Source: Lama guanicoe
Lineage: Eukaryota
Length of the DNA stretch: 64,000 bases
Direction of reading: 5' to 3'
Assembly (NCBI GenBank): GCA_013239625.1
Contig: MU056000.1
Coordinates: forward strand, 9,432,232 to 9,496,231
The translations under genes were made by a program, and so were the position numbers. Within the stretch, counting starts at the first letter, position 1. Each line of letters opens with the position of its first letter. Below are positions 13,211 through 25,200 of this stretch, piece after piece. The notes below the pieces were generated by a model. The model saw only the letters and a program-made list of their open reading frames with translations. It was not told the DNA's origin and searched no databases.

Positions 13211-13370
13211 TCTAGAGGTCATGCATGTATTTTAAAAGTTTGTCTTTATGTATTTTATAATCTTTATGCTACTGAAGTTGTACTTTTTAAAACTGCCTTC
13301 TCACAAAAGCACAGGAACCTTCCTGCAGCAATTGGTTGCTCCATTCATTCCAGAACAGTTTCTTGTCACC

Positions 13371-13807
13371 AGTAATGGATAGAATAGTGTCCCTCAAAAT
13401 TCCATGTCTACCCAGAAACTTAGAACGTGGCCTTATTTGGAATAAGCATCTTTGCTATGTATGTAGGGTCAGGATCTTGGGGTGAGATCATCTAAGATTA
13501 TCTTGAGGGGGCCGTCAGTCTTACGATGAGTGTCCCTAGAAGAGACAAGGGGAAATACACAGAGAGAGAGAGACCATGGACAGACAGAGGGAGAGACTGG
13601 AGGTATACAACTACAAGCTAAGGACGCAAAAGCTGCCAGCAGCCATCAGGCATGGAGCAATTCTCCCTTCCAGGATCCAGAAAGAATTCCTGCCCATTCC
13701 TTAATTTCAGATGTTGCCCTTTCAGAACTGTAGGACAATAAATTTCTGTTGTTTTAAGCCACTTAGTTTGTGATAATTTGATATGGCAGCCCTAGGAAAC
13801 TGATACA
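13371..13807 (+). mobile_element. MaLR solo LTR (MLT1B/C-like)
   Basis: GAATAGTGTCCCTCAAAATTC start, CCTTATTTGGAA, AATAAATTTCTGTTGTTTTAAGCCAC, and GCAGCCCTAGGAAACTGATACA end. Confidence 0.92.
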
Positions 13808-14654
13808 TTATCAAAAGGTGGTGGTAGTTTCCTAATGTAGACAAAATTTCTAGGTTGCTGAGAGATGAGAAAAAAGATAAGATCTCTTTTTAAGTCACAA
13901 TAAAATATATATTATGAGGACACAATGAAAAACTTGGTTATGAAATAAAAAATCACCTGAACGTCCTGTATCAAACTTATGAGAATTTTTATAAGCTTGG
14001 GATAGCTCTCCATCATGAATTTATTTATGATTTGAAATATCCTCCGGACTCACTCTTTTCCACAATGAAACTAGAATAACTATCGTATTTCCATGAAGCT
14101 GATTTTCTTGTGTCCCATCTTTAATTCCAAGTTTCCTCAGGCTTAAAATAAATGATACTTAATTCAAAGGTAAGATTGTATTCTTATGACACCAGCATTG
14201 TCTTATAATGTCCTATATCAGTGCTCATTAAGTTAATTGAACACCTGCCTATTGAAAACAATTAAAAGTTATTCTTTACCAGGATTGTTTCTGAAACAAG
14301 ATAATTGTGAAGGTAGGTTTGTTAATATTACTATTAAGAGATATATTTTATTATTGCTAATAATAAACTTCTTATTAAAAGTTAATACTGAGTCCTAATA
14401 TTTTGATTTATCCTACTGTTGGCTTTTGTTTTCTATATTGTGTGAAACTAGAGAAGATAGGATGCTGGTTCGGGCTAACCACTACCTGTAAGCTATGCAA
14501 ATCCAAATGTGGGCAAAAATTTAAACAGTTATTTCCAGACGACCAACCTATAGTTGCAAGATAATAATATAAGTTACTCTGTACTCAGATCTTTCAAGCT
14601 CTGTCCTCTGTACCAGAAAAGGAAAAAAAAAAAGGGAAAGAAAATGAAAGCTTA

Positions 14655-15530
14655 TAATGGCCAAAATCCAGAACACCGACAACACCAAATGTTGGCAATG
14701 ATGTAAAGCAACAGGAAATCTCATTCATTGCTGGCAGTAATGCAAAATGGGATAACCACTCTGGAAGACAGTTTGATGGTGTGTTTGTTTGTTTGTTTGT
14801 TTGTTTGTTTTTGCAAAACTGAAAGCACTCTTACCAAACAATCCAGCAATTGCGTTCCTTGGTATTTGCTCAAAGGGATTGAAAACTTAGGTCTCACAAA
14901 AACCTTCACACAGATGTTTATAGCAGCTTTATTCATAACTGCCAGAACTTGGAAGCAACCAAAATGTCCTTCAGTCAGCCAATGGCTAAATGAACTATGG
15001 TGCTTCCAGACAATGGAATATTACTCAGCTCTAAAAGGAAATGAGCAATTAAGGCATCAAGAGAAATGGAGGGAACTTAAATGCATATTAATGGAATTAA
15101 TGGAAATGGAGACTTAAAATGCTACATACCCTATGATTCCAACTATATGATATTTGGGGAAAAGTAAAACTATGAAGACAGTAAATAGATCACTAGTCAT
15201 GAGGGGTTAGGGGAGTAGGATAAATAAGTGGAACACAAAGGATTTTCAGAGCAGTTAAAATGCTCTGTATGATACTATAATGATGAATACATGCTGTTAT
15301 ACATTTGTCTAAACCCACAGGTATACAACACCAAGAGTGAGCCCTAATGGAATGTATGGACTTTGGGTGATAAGGATGTGTCATTGTCGATTCATCAGTT
15401 GCAATTAAAATATTACTTTGGTGTGAGATGCTGATAATGGGGGAGGCTATGCATGTGTGGAGGTGGGAGGTATGCGGGAAATCTCTATCTTCTGCTCAAT
15501 TTTGCTCTAAAAAATTAAAGTCTATTAAAA
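14655..15530 (+). mobile_element. LINE-1 (L1MC1-like) 3' end
   Basis: ORF 14728-15117 contains QMFIAALFITARTWKQPKCPS...MEYYSALK (L1 ORF2 C-terminus), followed by an L1MC-type 3' UTR. Confidence 0.92.
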
Positions 15531-15854
15531 GTAAGTAAACAAGTGCTATGTGTATTGGGTGCTGCTGCACAGGTTCCCTAGGTTTTCTAACAACAATGAT
15601 TTTTCTCTAATTCTTGTTGGGTACCATGCTTTTAGGTTTTTATGGTAATCCTCCTCGGCTGCCCAGAGCCTGTGCAGAATCCTCATGCCACTCAGATAAT
15701 TTATATATTATATATTGTTGCTACTTCTGCTAAGGTTGCCAGGGGCAACAGGACACAGGCTTCACCCATCTTTGGTGGTCATGGGATAGGAACATAGAAA
15801 AGTTCTAAAATCTCTGTATCCTTGGCTGAATTAAGAGCCATGGGGTCCTACAAT

Positions 15855-16645
15855 GTTTCAACAAATATTATCTAAGCAATGATAGGCACCACTCTAAGTG
15901 TTAAGGAAATAACTGATCAAAAGGGCCAAAGTCTCTGATCTTAAGAGGCTACCTTAAGGCTGGGATGAGACAAGGAGAACATTTTTAAGTCAGATAATAC
16001 GATGATACATAATGGTGCATGATATAAAACTAGTGAACAAAGTTTCTATTTGGTTATCTATATAATTATATGGATAGTGAGCTTGTTGGTGAGGAAAGTA
16101 GAAGACTGAAAGAGGAGAAAATCTTGGAGCTGAGATAAAAAATGATCAGGAACCAGACATGCAAAGCATATGACAGAAGAGCATTTCAGGAAAAATAAAA
16201 ACAGTGCCAATCAAGGACTGGAAGAGAGGCTTGATGAAGTTGTCCTAGTATGCCAAGGGGTTTGAGGTTCTAAGTTAGAAATTATTGAGGTTCTAAGTTA
16301 GAAATTATTGAAAGACTTTAAAGAGGGATTTACATGATCTGACTTGAGGTTGTGAAATGATCACTATGATTACTCTGACTGCTCCACGGACACAGACTAT
16401 AAAGGGACAGGAAAGGAACAAAGAAAACACACACACAAAAAAATAAGAGGCTATTACATATTACAGCAGTGCAGGGGAGAAATGAAGGTACCTTGAATCA
16501 GCAGTGGATACATAGAAATGGCTAAGCTTGACAGGTATTTTGAAGGCAGTCAATCAGACTTCTTGATAGGCTGATAGATTTGATGGGGACAGGTGGCAAG
16601 TGAAGGAAAGGTGAGAATCCAAGATGACACCAAGGCTGACTTGAA
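15855..16645 (-). mobile_element. L2 LINE remnant
   Basis: TTCAACAAATATT reverse 3' end; downstream ACATGATCTGACTT and CAAGATGACACCAAGG resemble L2. Confidence 0.75.
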
Positions 16646-16719
16646 TATTTGCATCAGCCCTTTTGTCTAAATGGCCTTAGGCTACTGTTCATACCTGTCT
16701 CTTCCAATCTCAACAACAC

Positions 16720-17192
16720 ATTTTGGGGAGCCAATTCTCCATGTATCTTTCACGTTTCTGTACATTTTGTGGGCACTGACTACATTTGTTCTGGACTATC
16801 TTTTCAAAAGTATTTGTACAGCAAAATCCTTTGAAAAAAGACAATGTGCCATTCAGGAACAAAAGACAGATTTGTTTACAATGTGGTGTAATAAAGATAA
16901 TGTCACCCACAGAGGCAAAGTCAGACAGGTTTACATCCCATTATTTAAAAAAAAAAGGGGGTTCCCAAGCTCATGGCTCCTCTCTTGCAATGCAACCAGT
17001 GTGGCTTAGTCATGCCACCTGCCAATCAGGGCCCAGGGAAGCAGGGTAAATGCTGTACCCTGCATAAACTTATTGCTTGAGTAATGAACCCAATAGCCCC
17101 GTGTCTACTTGATTGATAGAGTCCACGAAACTGTGGCAGGCTCACTTGCAAGAAGAGTAAAACCTCAGATGATCCCTAGTTAGTTCTTGGTA
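16720..17192 (+). mobile_element. ERVL solo LTR (LTR40-like)
   Basis: CAATTCTCCATG...GGCACTGACT..TTTGTTCTGGACTATCTTTTCAA...AATAAAGATAATGTC resembles recalled LTR40 consensus. Confidence 0.75.
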
Positions 17193-18213
17193 TTTATCAT
17201 CAGGGAAGTCTGAAGGAGACGCTCTCTTTTCATGCCTATCTCAGATCACAGCATTTTTCTAATGAGCTTTTCCTTATTGCTACCAGCTTTTCGGAAGCTT
17301 CAGTTACTAAGGAATAGCAACCCATCTTGCTCACCAGACATGTTGAAAGCTCTAAGGAAGTCACAATAAATGTCATCTTTATTTTTAAAAGTCTCATATC
17401 TAGATTAATGAGTATGTGTGATAAGGATAGCTTACAGGATTGGAGGCTTGAGTCAAGAAAACAATTTAAAATATTCTTTTTAAGCCAAAAAAGATTTATC
17501 TATAGAATTGCCTACATGATGAATTACATCTTTTATTTTTCCTTCCGTAATTATAGAGAAGGGAATGTTTCCTAATTAGATGCAAAACATGTGCCTCTGG
17601 ATATAACAAGGAATCTTGATGATCTAAAGAGATGGGATGTAACATTTGATAAATGAAGGTGCACATTAAAGAAGTGGAAAGCAATAATCATTTGTGGGGC
17701 GAGGGAGGTGGGAGGAGCTTAAAGGGAGACAAATCTAGAAAAGATGGAAGACAATGAGAGATTTAGATAGAAAGAAATCGAGGTCAGTTTTGTAGAGCAG
17801 AGTCCAGTATAAATTGGAGACAGTTACCCACAGGAACCACCTTGTTGGAGTAATTGAAAGGACTTTCCAGGAGTTCTTGAGAGGAAGCATTAAGTACTTA
17901 AGTGTGCTTAAATTGAGTGCTTTGCTACTTAAGATATTTACTCTGTTTGTTGGCACAGATTCCTTACAAGGACTATGGGGGTGCACCTAGCCAATCAGGT
18001 ACACGAGTGAGAATCTAGATTAAGGAGAGAAATGGAATGTGAGGAGGACTTCTTAAATTGGATATGGAATACCAATTTTCAGTGAAACATTTTCTGGATT
18101 CCTTCTTCTATTGAATGACCAAGGTCGTTGGTTGGTTCACTTTCAAAATGGTTGGGACTAACGTGGAAATAGATGCGAAGATGAGGAAAATGAACATATC
18201 TGAGGGAAAAGGG

Positions 18214-18219
<6 letters not shown>

Positions 18220-18247
<28 letters not shown>
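18220..18247. repeat. (TA)14 microsatellite
   Basis: Direct reading. Confidence 0.95.
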
Positions 18248-18252
<5 letters not shown>

Positions 18253-18385
18253 TCAAAGACAGCTGGCATTTCTTTTTAGTGAAGCATCATCTACAATCTC
18301 TTCCTCTGGATTCTAACTTCCTGGCCCTTTATAAATATCCTCTGTGCTCTAATCATCTTCACATCCGAATTTTTAAAATGAAATG

Positions 18386-18386
<1 letters not shown>

Positions 18387-18416
<30 letters not shown>
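18387..18416. repeat. Compound (AT)n(AG)n microsatellite
   Basis: Direct reading. Confidence 0.9.
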
Positions 18417-18861
18417 TGAGATTCCATCTTAACAAACTTCCAACTACATCTTCCCACAAATATTATCTGCTGGTAGTATTTAAGGAGACACATTTCTATT
18501 TCAAGTTCAAGCATGTCAAGAATATTAGGAAATCCACTATCAGAGGCAAACCAGAGCAAGATATATAGCAAAGCTTTTATAGGTGTATATTCCATGAAAT
18601 TTTAACAAAGTTCACTTTGAGAGTTTTTTTAACCTTCCTGAATTAAGAATGACTCATTTTTGTGGCTGAACAAATTACAAAAAGTAGGCCATATATTCTG
18701 ATAAGCTTCTTGGGAAGGGTTGATAAATTTTCCCTTAATGGTCACATTAAGTGAAATCTTTTTCATTGCTATATTTCATTTCATAAGTTGCAGTAAGTAC
18801 ATGTCTTAATTTGTCCCAACCTACTTATCTTCAGTTCTTCTATCTCAGTCATAACCTGTAT

Positions 18862-19978
18862 GTGCTAAGTGGAATTTTAAAGTGGTTTTCATGACCTTTA
18901 GGCTCTGGTGTTACTTTCATGATTTTGTTACCTATAAGACAAAAAGAGTTTACCCCAGTGGCCTTAATCTAAGCACACAAGTTTTTTAAAGGCAGAGATT
19001 TCTCTGACTGGGGCACTAGAAGAACTCAGAGAAATTAGAGGCACAAAGACTGTTGCAAGTATCAGAAAGGAAGAAATTTTCCTCTGCCCTTCTAGGTTCT
19101 TCTGACTGGCTTAAAAATTCAATTGACATGAGATAGATCAACAGGAAAAAAAGCAAACAAAACTCTTTAATAGCATGTATACAGGGGAGAAACCCAAGAA
19201 AACAGTAATCTGACAAAAGAGCCAAAACCCTCACCTTAAATACCATCTTCACCTAAATACAGAAGTGGGTGTTGAGGGTAGTGGTTTGGGACTCCAAAGG
19301 GGAGGAAGGCAATTCGATTGGAGATGGAAAGCAAATGTTTGCTTGGACCAGGCAGAGACAACAGGACACAGAGAGAACTCTGATCTCTAGGCCCTGCTAG
19401 GTCTCCCCCACAAAACCTAGCCCATGTTCTTTGCAGAATCTCTAGTGATAGCTCTATTCTGGGGACACGCTCTTTATCTAAATTCTTTTAGGCAGTTAAG
19501 GAGATAATAAGGAAAGCTTCCTAAGTCTTTTGTTTCTTAGGAGAAAAAAGATCAGCTTAAATTAATCCTCATGTCAAAGAGACACATTTTGGAGGGGCAA
19601 ATTTTGCTCCCCTACAGCAGCCAGATGGAGGGGACCATGTTGGGGGATGGGTTAGAGTCCTCTAGAAGGTGACAGCAGCCCCCAGCCACAGGACTAACAA
19701 GGGAAACGGAGCCCTCAGTCCTATAACTGCAAGAAACTAATTCTACCAATAATCAGAATGATCTTGGAAACAGATTTTTTCTCCACAGCCTCCAGTTCAG
19801 AGTTCAGCCTGCCTAATTTCTTGATTCTGATCTCATGAGACTCTAAACAAAGGACCCATCTGAGTCCTTAGGTCAGCCTGGACTTCTGACCTACAAAACA
19901 CTGATAATAGTCAATGTGTGTAGGTTTAAGATACTAAGTTTATGGTAATTTGTTACACAAAAATATAAAATTAATATA
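18862..19978 (+). mobile_element. MaLR LTR (MLT1E-like) split by an inserted ERV LTR
   Basis: 5' part 18862-19059; 3' part 19617-19978 (CCCTCAGTCCTATAACTGCAAG...GACTTCTGACCTACA...TGGTAATTTGTTACA). Confidence 0.85.
19060..19616 (-). mobile_element. ERV1-type solo LTR (MER41/LTR39-like)
   Basis: Minus strand begins TGTAGGGGAGCAAAATTTGCCCCTCCAAAATGTGTCTCTTTG and ends with the AAAATTTCTTCCT U5-like terminus; contains TATTTAAG and ATTAAA on the minus strand. Confidence 0.8.
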
Positions 19979-20434
19979 GAGCCAGAAACCTAAATTAGGA
20001 AGTTATGATAATCCCTGCCAACACTATAGACAATATTGACAAAGTAGTCTTCTGATATTTATTTTAAAAGATTTTTTAAGTGGAATTTCTAGGCAAGGTT
20101 TGAGGCGCATATTATTTATTCTGTTCTTGCACAGTTTATCTCACATTTTTCTGTTAGCTGTCAATGTTTTTCTTTTTTCTTCTCTTCAGTGAACTGCTGT
20201 TTGATAGTATCTTAGGAAACAAACAAACCTCAGTGAATGAAGAAGATAGAATTTCCAGCAATATTGTTATATTTGGCACAAAACATTTACCTCACCTTTA
20301 TTCTTGGTATTCTCAGGCTCTGTGACTTGCTAGAAAAGTTCATTAAGATCAAGTCTGTTTGATACCCTGACAACAAATCAGGTGGCAGTTCCAACTGCAT
20401 AGAGCAGCAGTAAGGCAGTGTTGCATCCTGGAAA

Positions 20435-20632
20435 AGCCAGTGACTTCCTCAGTGGGTCTGCCTGGCTTCCAATCCTGGCTCTGCCAGTTATTTACTGTAT
20501 GACCTTAAGCAAGTGATAGTGTGTTTCTTTTCTTCAAAATCAAGAGATATAGAGTATCTATCTAATATAAGGTATTATAAAGATAAAAAATATTTTAGAT
20601 ACTTCCTGGAATATAGTGAATGCTCACTAAAT
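20435..20632 (+). mobile_element. MIR SINE
   Basis: CCTGGCTTCCAATCCTGGCTCTGCCA..TGTATGACCTT..GCAAGT core. Confidence 0.8.
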
Positions 20633-20769
20633 TTTATAATGTTTAAAGGAGAGCTATGCAAGGCTAATGGCAGCTCGAAAGCAACATATTTGATTCTTGG
20701 CAATTTCTACCAATGTGTTAACCAGTGTTTCTTTTATCTTCCCTCTTTTTGTGGATACCTTCCACCATT

Positions 20770-21305
20770 TTCCAAGTTAGCCAAACTCAAAGCTTCAGAG
20801 TCATCTGAAGCAAAAATTGTAAAGTTGAATATCTTCTGCTTGACCTCTGATTGGTCCTATATGTTTCTATTACAGCAGTTTATAAGAGAGATGCTTGTAC
20901 AAAATTTGGAGAGGGGAAGCAAAGGAGCAGCCGGTTTTAGCTCCTGTATGCTGTCGCTGGCCTGCTGACTCACACCATTGGTGTGAGGAGCAGCTGGGGC
21001 TGCAACTGCTCCATCCTCCCCTGGATCCTACTTTGGCTTCTCCAACTCTTGGCCCACGTGTGTGTGTTTAGCTTCATGAGCCCCAGCTCCCACAGGAGAC
21101 CCATTCCACCTAGGGCAGAGGCAAAAAGGGCTGACACACGTTTCAGTCCCCTCTGGTGGGGTCCAGCTTGTACCTGTGATTATTACCTTGTTCTCACTCT
21201 CTCCCTCCTTACCTCCAGCTTCCCATCACCATGTGGGCTTCAACCTCCAGCATCAGACTCAAAGACAGCAGCCTTGCAGAGACTAGCTAGCTCCCATGAT
21301 TGTTA
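20770..21305 (+). mobile_element. ERVL solo LTR remnant (LTR33-like)
   Basis: CTCCAGCATCAGAC.CAAAGACAGCAGCCTT.CAGAGACT...AGCTCCCA resembles the recalled LTR33 3' region. Confidence 0.6.
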
Positions 21306-23179
21306 GTCCTGCTGCAGAAAGGGGGAGAATTGAAGTCACCAGCATGAGACTGAATGAAAAGAAATATCAAATTAGCACCAAGAAAGCAAAAGAATGCATC
21401 TTGACTAACATATGGGAAGGCAGTTTAACTCCTGCAGAAATTTCAGAAGTGGGTGGGAAAAGGAAAGGAAGGGGACAGGATGACACTTTGTTCTGGACAG
21501 GGTAGGCCAAGAAGCTGAGTAGGTCGAGAGAGGAATATCTCTGTCACTCATATCTCAGAGTTTTGCACAATGGCTACTTTAATAGAAATGAATAATTTTA
21601 GCCTGTATGAAAACTGATAGTTAGCAACAGCCTCATGATCAGCATTCACATATGCATTGACACTCTTTGTGCTCCCTCGGAACCAAGAGGTCAAGAGGGA
21701 CAAGGCTAATGGGGCAGATTCTAAGATGCTTCAGGGATGATACTTGCCTTCCTATCAACCAATAGGAAAGAGTGAAAATGGGGTTCAGGTTTCAGCAAAA
21801 CCTTAGTTAATCAGTTGGTACTGTGGACCTTCTACTTCTCAGATGTTTCTCCTTTTCATTCACAGGACTGTTTAAACCTTCTTTCCCTTCTACTTGGAAA
21901 ATTCAAAGGTGAAGTTGGACTTCTGCAGTTAAAGGCATGAAGAATGAGCTGGCAGCTAAGTAACTCAGAGATCCCCGGTTAAGTAGTAGACATCAAACAG
22001 GCCAGACCAGGGGCTTGGTTGTAGGAGTGAAGGGGAGGAGGTTCAAAGCTGAAAGAGAAAATTCTCAGTGTCTTGGGAATGACCCATGGTTGTGGGAGAG
22101 AGAAGAGAGGAATAGCGGGTTGTGTTCAGGATAATGAAGTGTCTGCCTGAAGGTGACACAAGTCACTATAGTCCAAGTGTCTTTAGCCAGAGCAAGTTCA
22201 CGTGGCTGCTCCTGAGTCAAAAGTGCAACAAAAGTCTTCCCAGGAAAAGTGGGGGCTGCAAAGAGGAGAGCAGACTACTTGGTAAATAATCCTGAGTTCT
22301 CCAAAATCTTACCAAAGTTAGAATGAAACAAATCTACTGTTTTGAGATCTTACATTGGTAATCAATCAGTCTGGTTATTTGAAGTAAGAAGAGTGTGACA
22401 GGCAAACTCTAGAATGGGTTCATTTTAACTGGCATCATAAAAGGCCTAGGAGATAACTCCGCTTCAAGATTACCAAGGCAAGGTTCTCAGATTGAAGCCC
22501 TGAAACTGGTGGAAAGGTGGGGAATTAAAGTCATTGCTAAACAGCTTGAATCAAGAACTCAGCGTAACACCCGCCTATGTTTGTTGTCTTGTAAGGTACA
22601 AATTTGCCACCAGTTTGCAAAATCCTAGTCTATCAATAACTACCCAGATAATATTCTGATAATTGACTGACTTTTTAAAATAAAATGGGCAAGTAACTGT
22701 TTACCAATGTATATAAAAAGATGGTACAAAGTTCCATGGATCTTCCACTATCAAATTGTTATGTAACCTTAAGTAAATAACTGAAGCATTCTTTATTTCT
22801 GCTTTCAGCTTAATGGCAAAATAGTGTTACTGCAGTCATGGGGACGTGATGGTGTGAACATATGTCATTTTTTAGATAGCTCTCTAAGTTGTGCAGTTAT
22901 TATTCTACAATGAGATCACAACTAGTAAATCATACTGTTACGCTACTATTAGGATGATATATAGACTACCTGCTAGCTGTTTATGACCCTAAGGGTAGAG
23001 AAGAAGTTGAACAGCTTGCATTTAACATAAGAGTCGTCATTCAGCATTGTCCTGGTAATTTGTATTTATATAGCATTTGATAAAGCTTTAGACATACCCC
23101 CTACTCGCCAGTATGTTTCCTTGAGAGGTTACCAGCAGGGTTTGTGAGAGTAAGATTCTTTTATACGGATATGTAACAC

Positions 23180-23308
23180 CTTTTTTGAGATATAATTCAT
23201 GTATCATAAAATTCATCCTTTTAGACTGTACCATTTAGTCTGTTTTTAGTACATTCACAGAGTTGTGCAACCATCACCACTATCTAATTCCAGAACATTT
23301 CCATTCAC
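23180..23308 (-). mobile_element. Short LINE-1 (L1MB-type) 3' terminal fragment
   Basis: TTTTGAGATATAATTCA...AGAGTTGTGCAACCATCACCACTATCTAATTCCAGAACATTT. Confidence 0.85.
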
Positions 23309-24239
23309 CACCGACAGGTGACAATGATCAAGAAACAAATGTGGACATTAACAACAAAAGGAATCAATATCTAGAATCTAAATGAATCCAGAGACACATT
23401 GAATGCAACAGGCAGAGGGGTCTGCCATCTATTTCCGGAAATGATTAAAAGTCTCCCAAGTGCCTAAGTAATCTTGGGAATTGTAGCCTCTTGATATTTA
23501 ATATAACTTGTTGTGAAGTCTACTGACTACATCAAACGTGAAATAACATTAAATAGCAGAAACCCCATTTATAGCCCTTTGGTCCAATAGATAGAGGTTA
23601 TGGTGACAATGCCCATGGACTCCAATTTGTTATCTGTTGAACTTAAGCTATGTTTAAAAGATGCCAGCACATTCAGTTGAAAAGTCAAATTTCATACCTA
23701 GAGGGACTTTTTTTTTATGAATTGGGGATTATTTTGCATTACATTATGGTGAGTATACATCTCTGGTGTCTCAGATATATATATATATATTCTTGGATCA
23801 GCAATTCACCTGAGAACAGTGTTTACTAAAGACTGACAGGTCACCATAAATCTCTGCTCGTCCATTATGGGTAGGTGGTTGCCTTAACTGAAGGAAAGGA
23901 AACAGCTTTATGTGCAAACATCTGTCAAGTGGATTAAATGAGAATCTCTGAGAGCAGGCAAAGCAGCCCAGGCCACAGGAAAACTGAGAAGGGCTGCCCT
24001 CTCTAAACCTGGAGGACCTTCCCTCTCTTTTCCACCTTCCTCTCTCTTATCTTGAAAAATCAAACCTGAAATGTTTCCCTTTCTTTATGCACATATCACA
24101 ATATCCCTCCTCATTACTTACCCACATGGATCACTCTCCCCAAAGTTTACCCCGATGGCATAACAAGTGTCACTGTTTAGTACTGTGCTTGACCTCACTA
24201 CCCTTCCATATTAATAAGACATGACGCCCAATCCATTCT

Positions 24240-24845
24240 TGCATAAGCCTCAGACTGTTGTTATTCTTGACTCCTCTCATTCACATTTTACACCCAATGT
24301 GAGGACATTCCAACCACCTCTTACCACTTCCACTGCTACCAGTCAGGTCTAACCTTGTTATCATTTCTTGCCTCCAACTGTTTCATATTCACATACAACC
24401 TCAACCTTTGTCTATCTTGCAAACAGCAACAGAGTGATTCTATTGCACTGAAAGTTCCCCGATTCTCAACCTGTGTAACCATAGGGTCACTCAAAATTTC
24501 TCTTGGATCTTTGCATCTCACTCAGGGAAAAAGCCAAAATAGCCTCACGATGGCCCGTTAGATCTTACCTGATCTGCTCCTCCAACTGCTTATCTAGTCA
24601 TTTCCACTCATCCTCTCCCCTTTGGTCTCTCAACTCCAGCTTCATGGGCTTTCTTGCTGTTTCTTGAATTCACAGCATGTTTTTGCCTCCAGGTATTTGC
24701 ACAACTGGGTCTCTCTTCCCGGGATATTTTCCTCTAAGATATTCACATGACTCATACCCTTACTTCTTTCAGATTTTCACTACAATGATTCCTTTTTCAT
24801 AAGGTCATCTATAGCCCTTTTCCCCAAAACAACACTCCCTATGCC
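24240..24845 (+). mobile_element. L2 LINE remnant
   Basis: Pyrimidine-rich sequence with ATTCTTGACTCCTCTC, CCACTGCTACC and CCATCTCACTCAG-like L2 hallmarks. Confidence 0.75.
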
Positions 24846-24849
24846 TTTA

Positions 24850-25200
24850 TGTGGTCACGTTCCATAGAGTTGGGATCACACACACGCACACAATTTGTTC
24901 TGATGCAGAGACTGATGATGCCACACGAGAACAGGACAGGCTTATTATTCACATAATGAAGCTCTCTGGGGAGAGCAGGACCACGTTGCCAAGCAAGTCA
25001 AAAGTGGCAGGAGAGAGCAGGGAAAGGAGACTGGTTTGGTTTTCATCAATGGTGGTTAGAGTGTGAGGTTCCATGAACGGGGGCTGCATGATAGATGTTC
25101 CTGCCAATAGAAGGAACATCAAGGTTTTCTCATCAGCTTGGTCAGATGTGGGACATAAGATGAGAGTTGCAATGGGTTTGAATGCTGTGAGCAGTAGTAA
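24850..25200 (-). mobile_element. Probable old ERVL-class LTR remnant, family unassigned
   Basis: Abrupt compositional change inside the L2; reverse poly(A)-signal-like TTATTATT near 24943. Confidence 0.4.

Noticed and set aside
20513..20968. 151-aa ORF
   Set aside because: Runs across a MIR and an LTR remnant from a non-ATG start; no protein similarity recognised.
21146..21159. Second CTCF-like motif (minus strand CCACCAGAGGGGAC)
   Set aside because: Mismatch at the conserved GGC core position, and it lies inside an LTR remnant.
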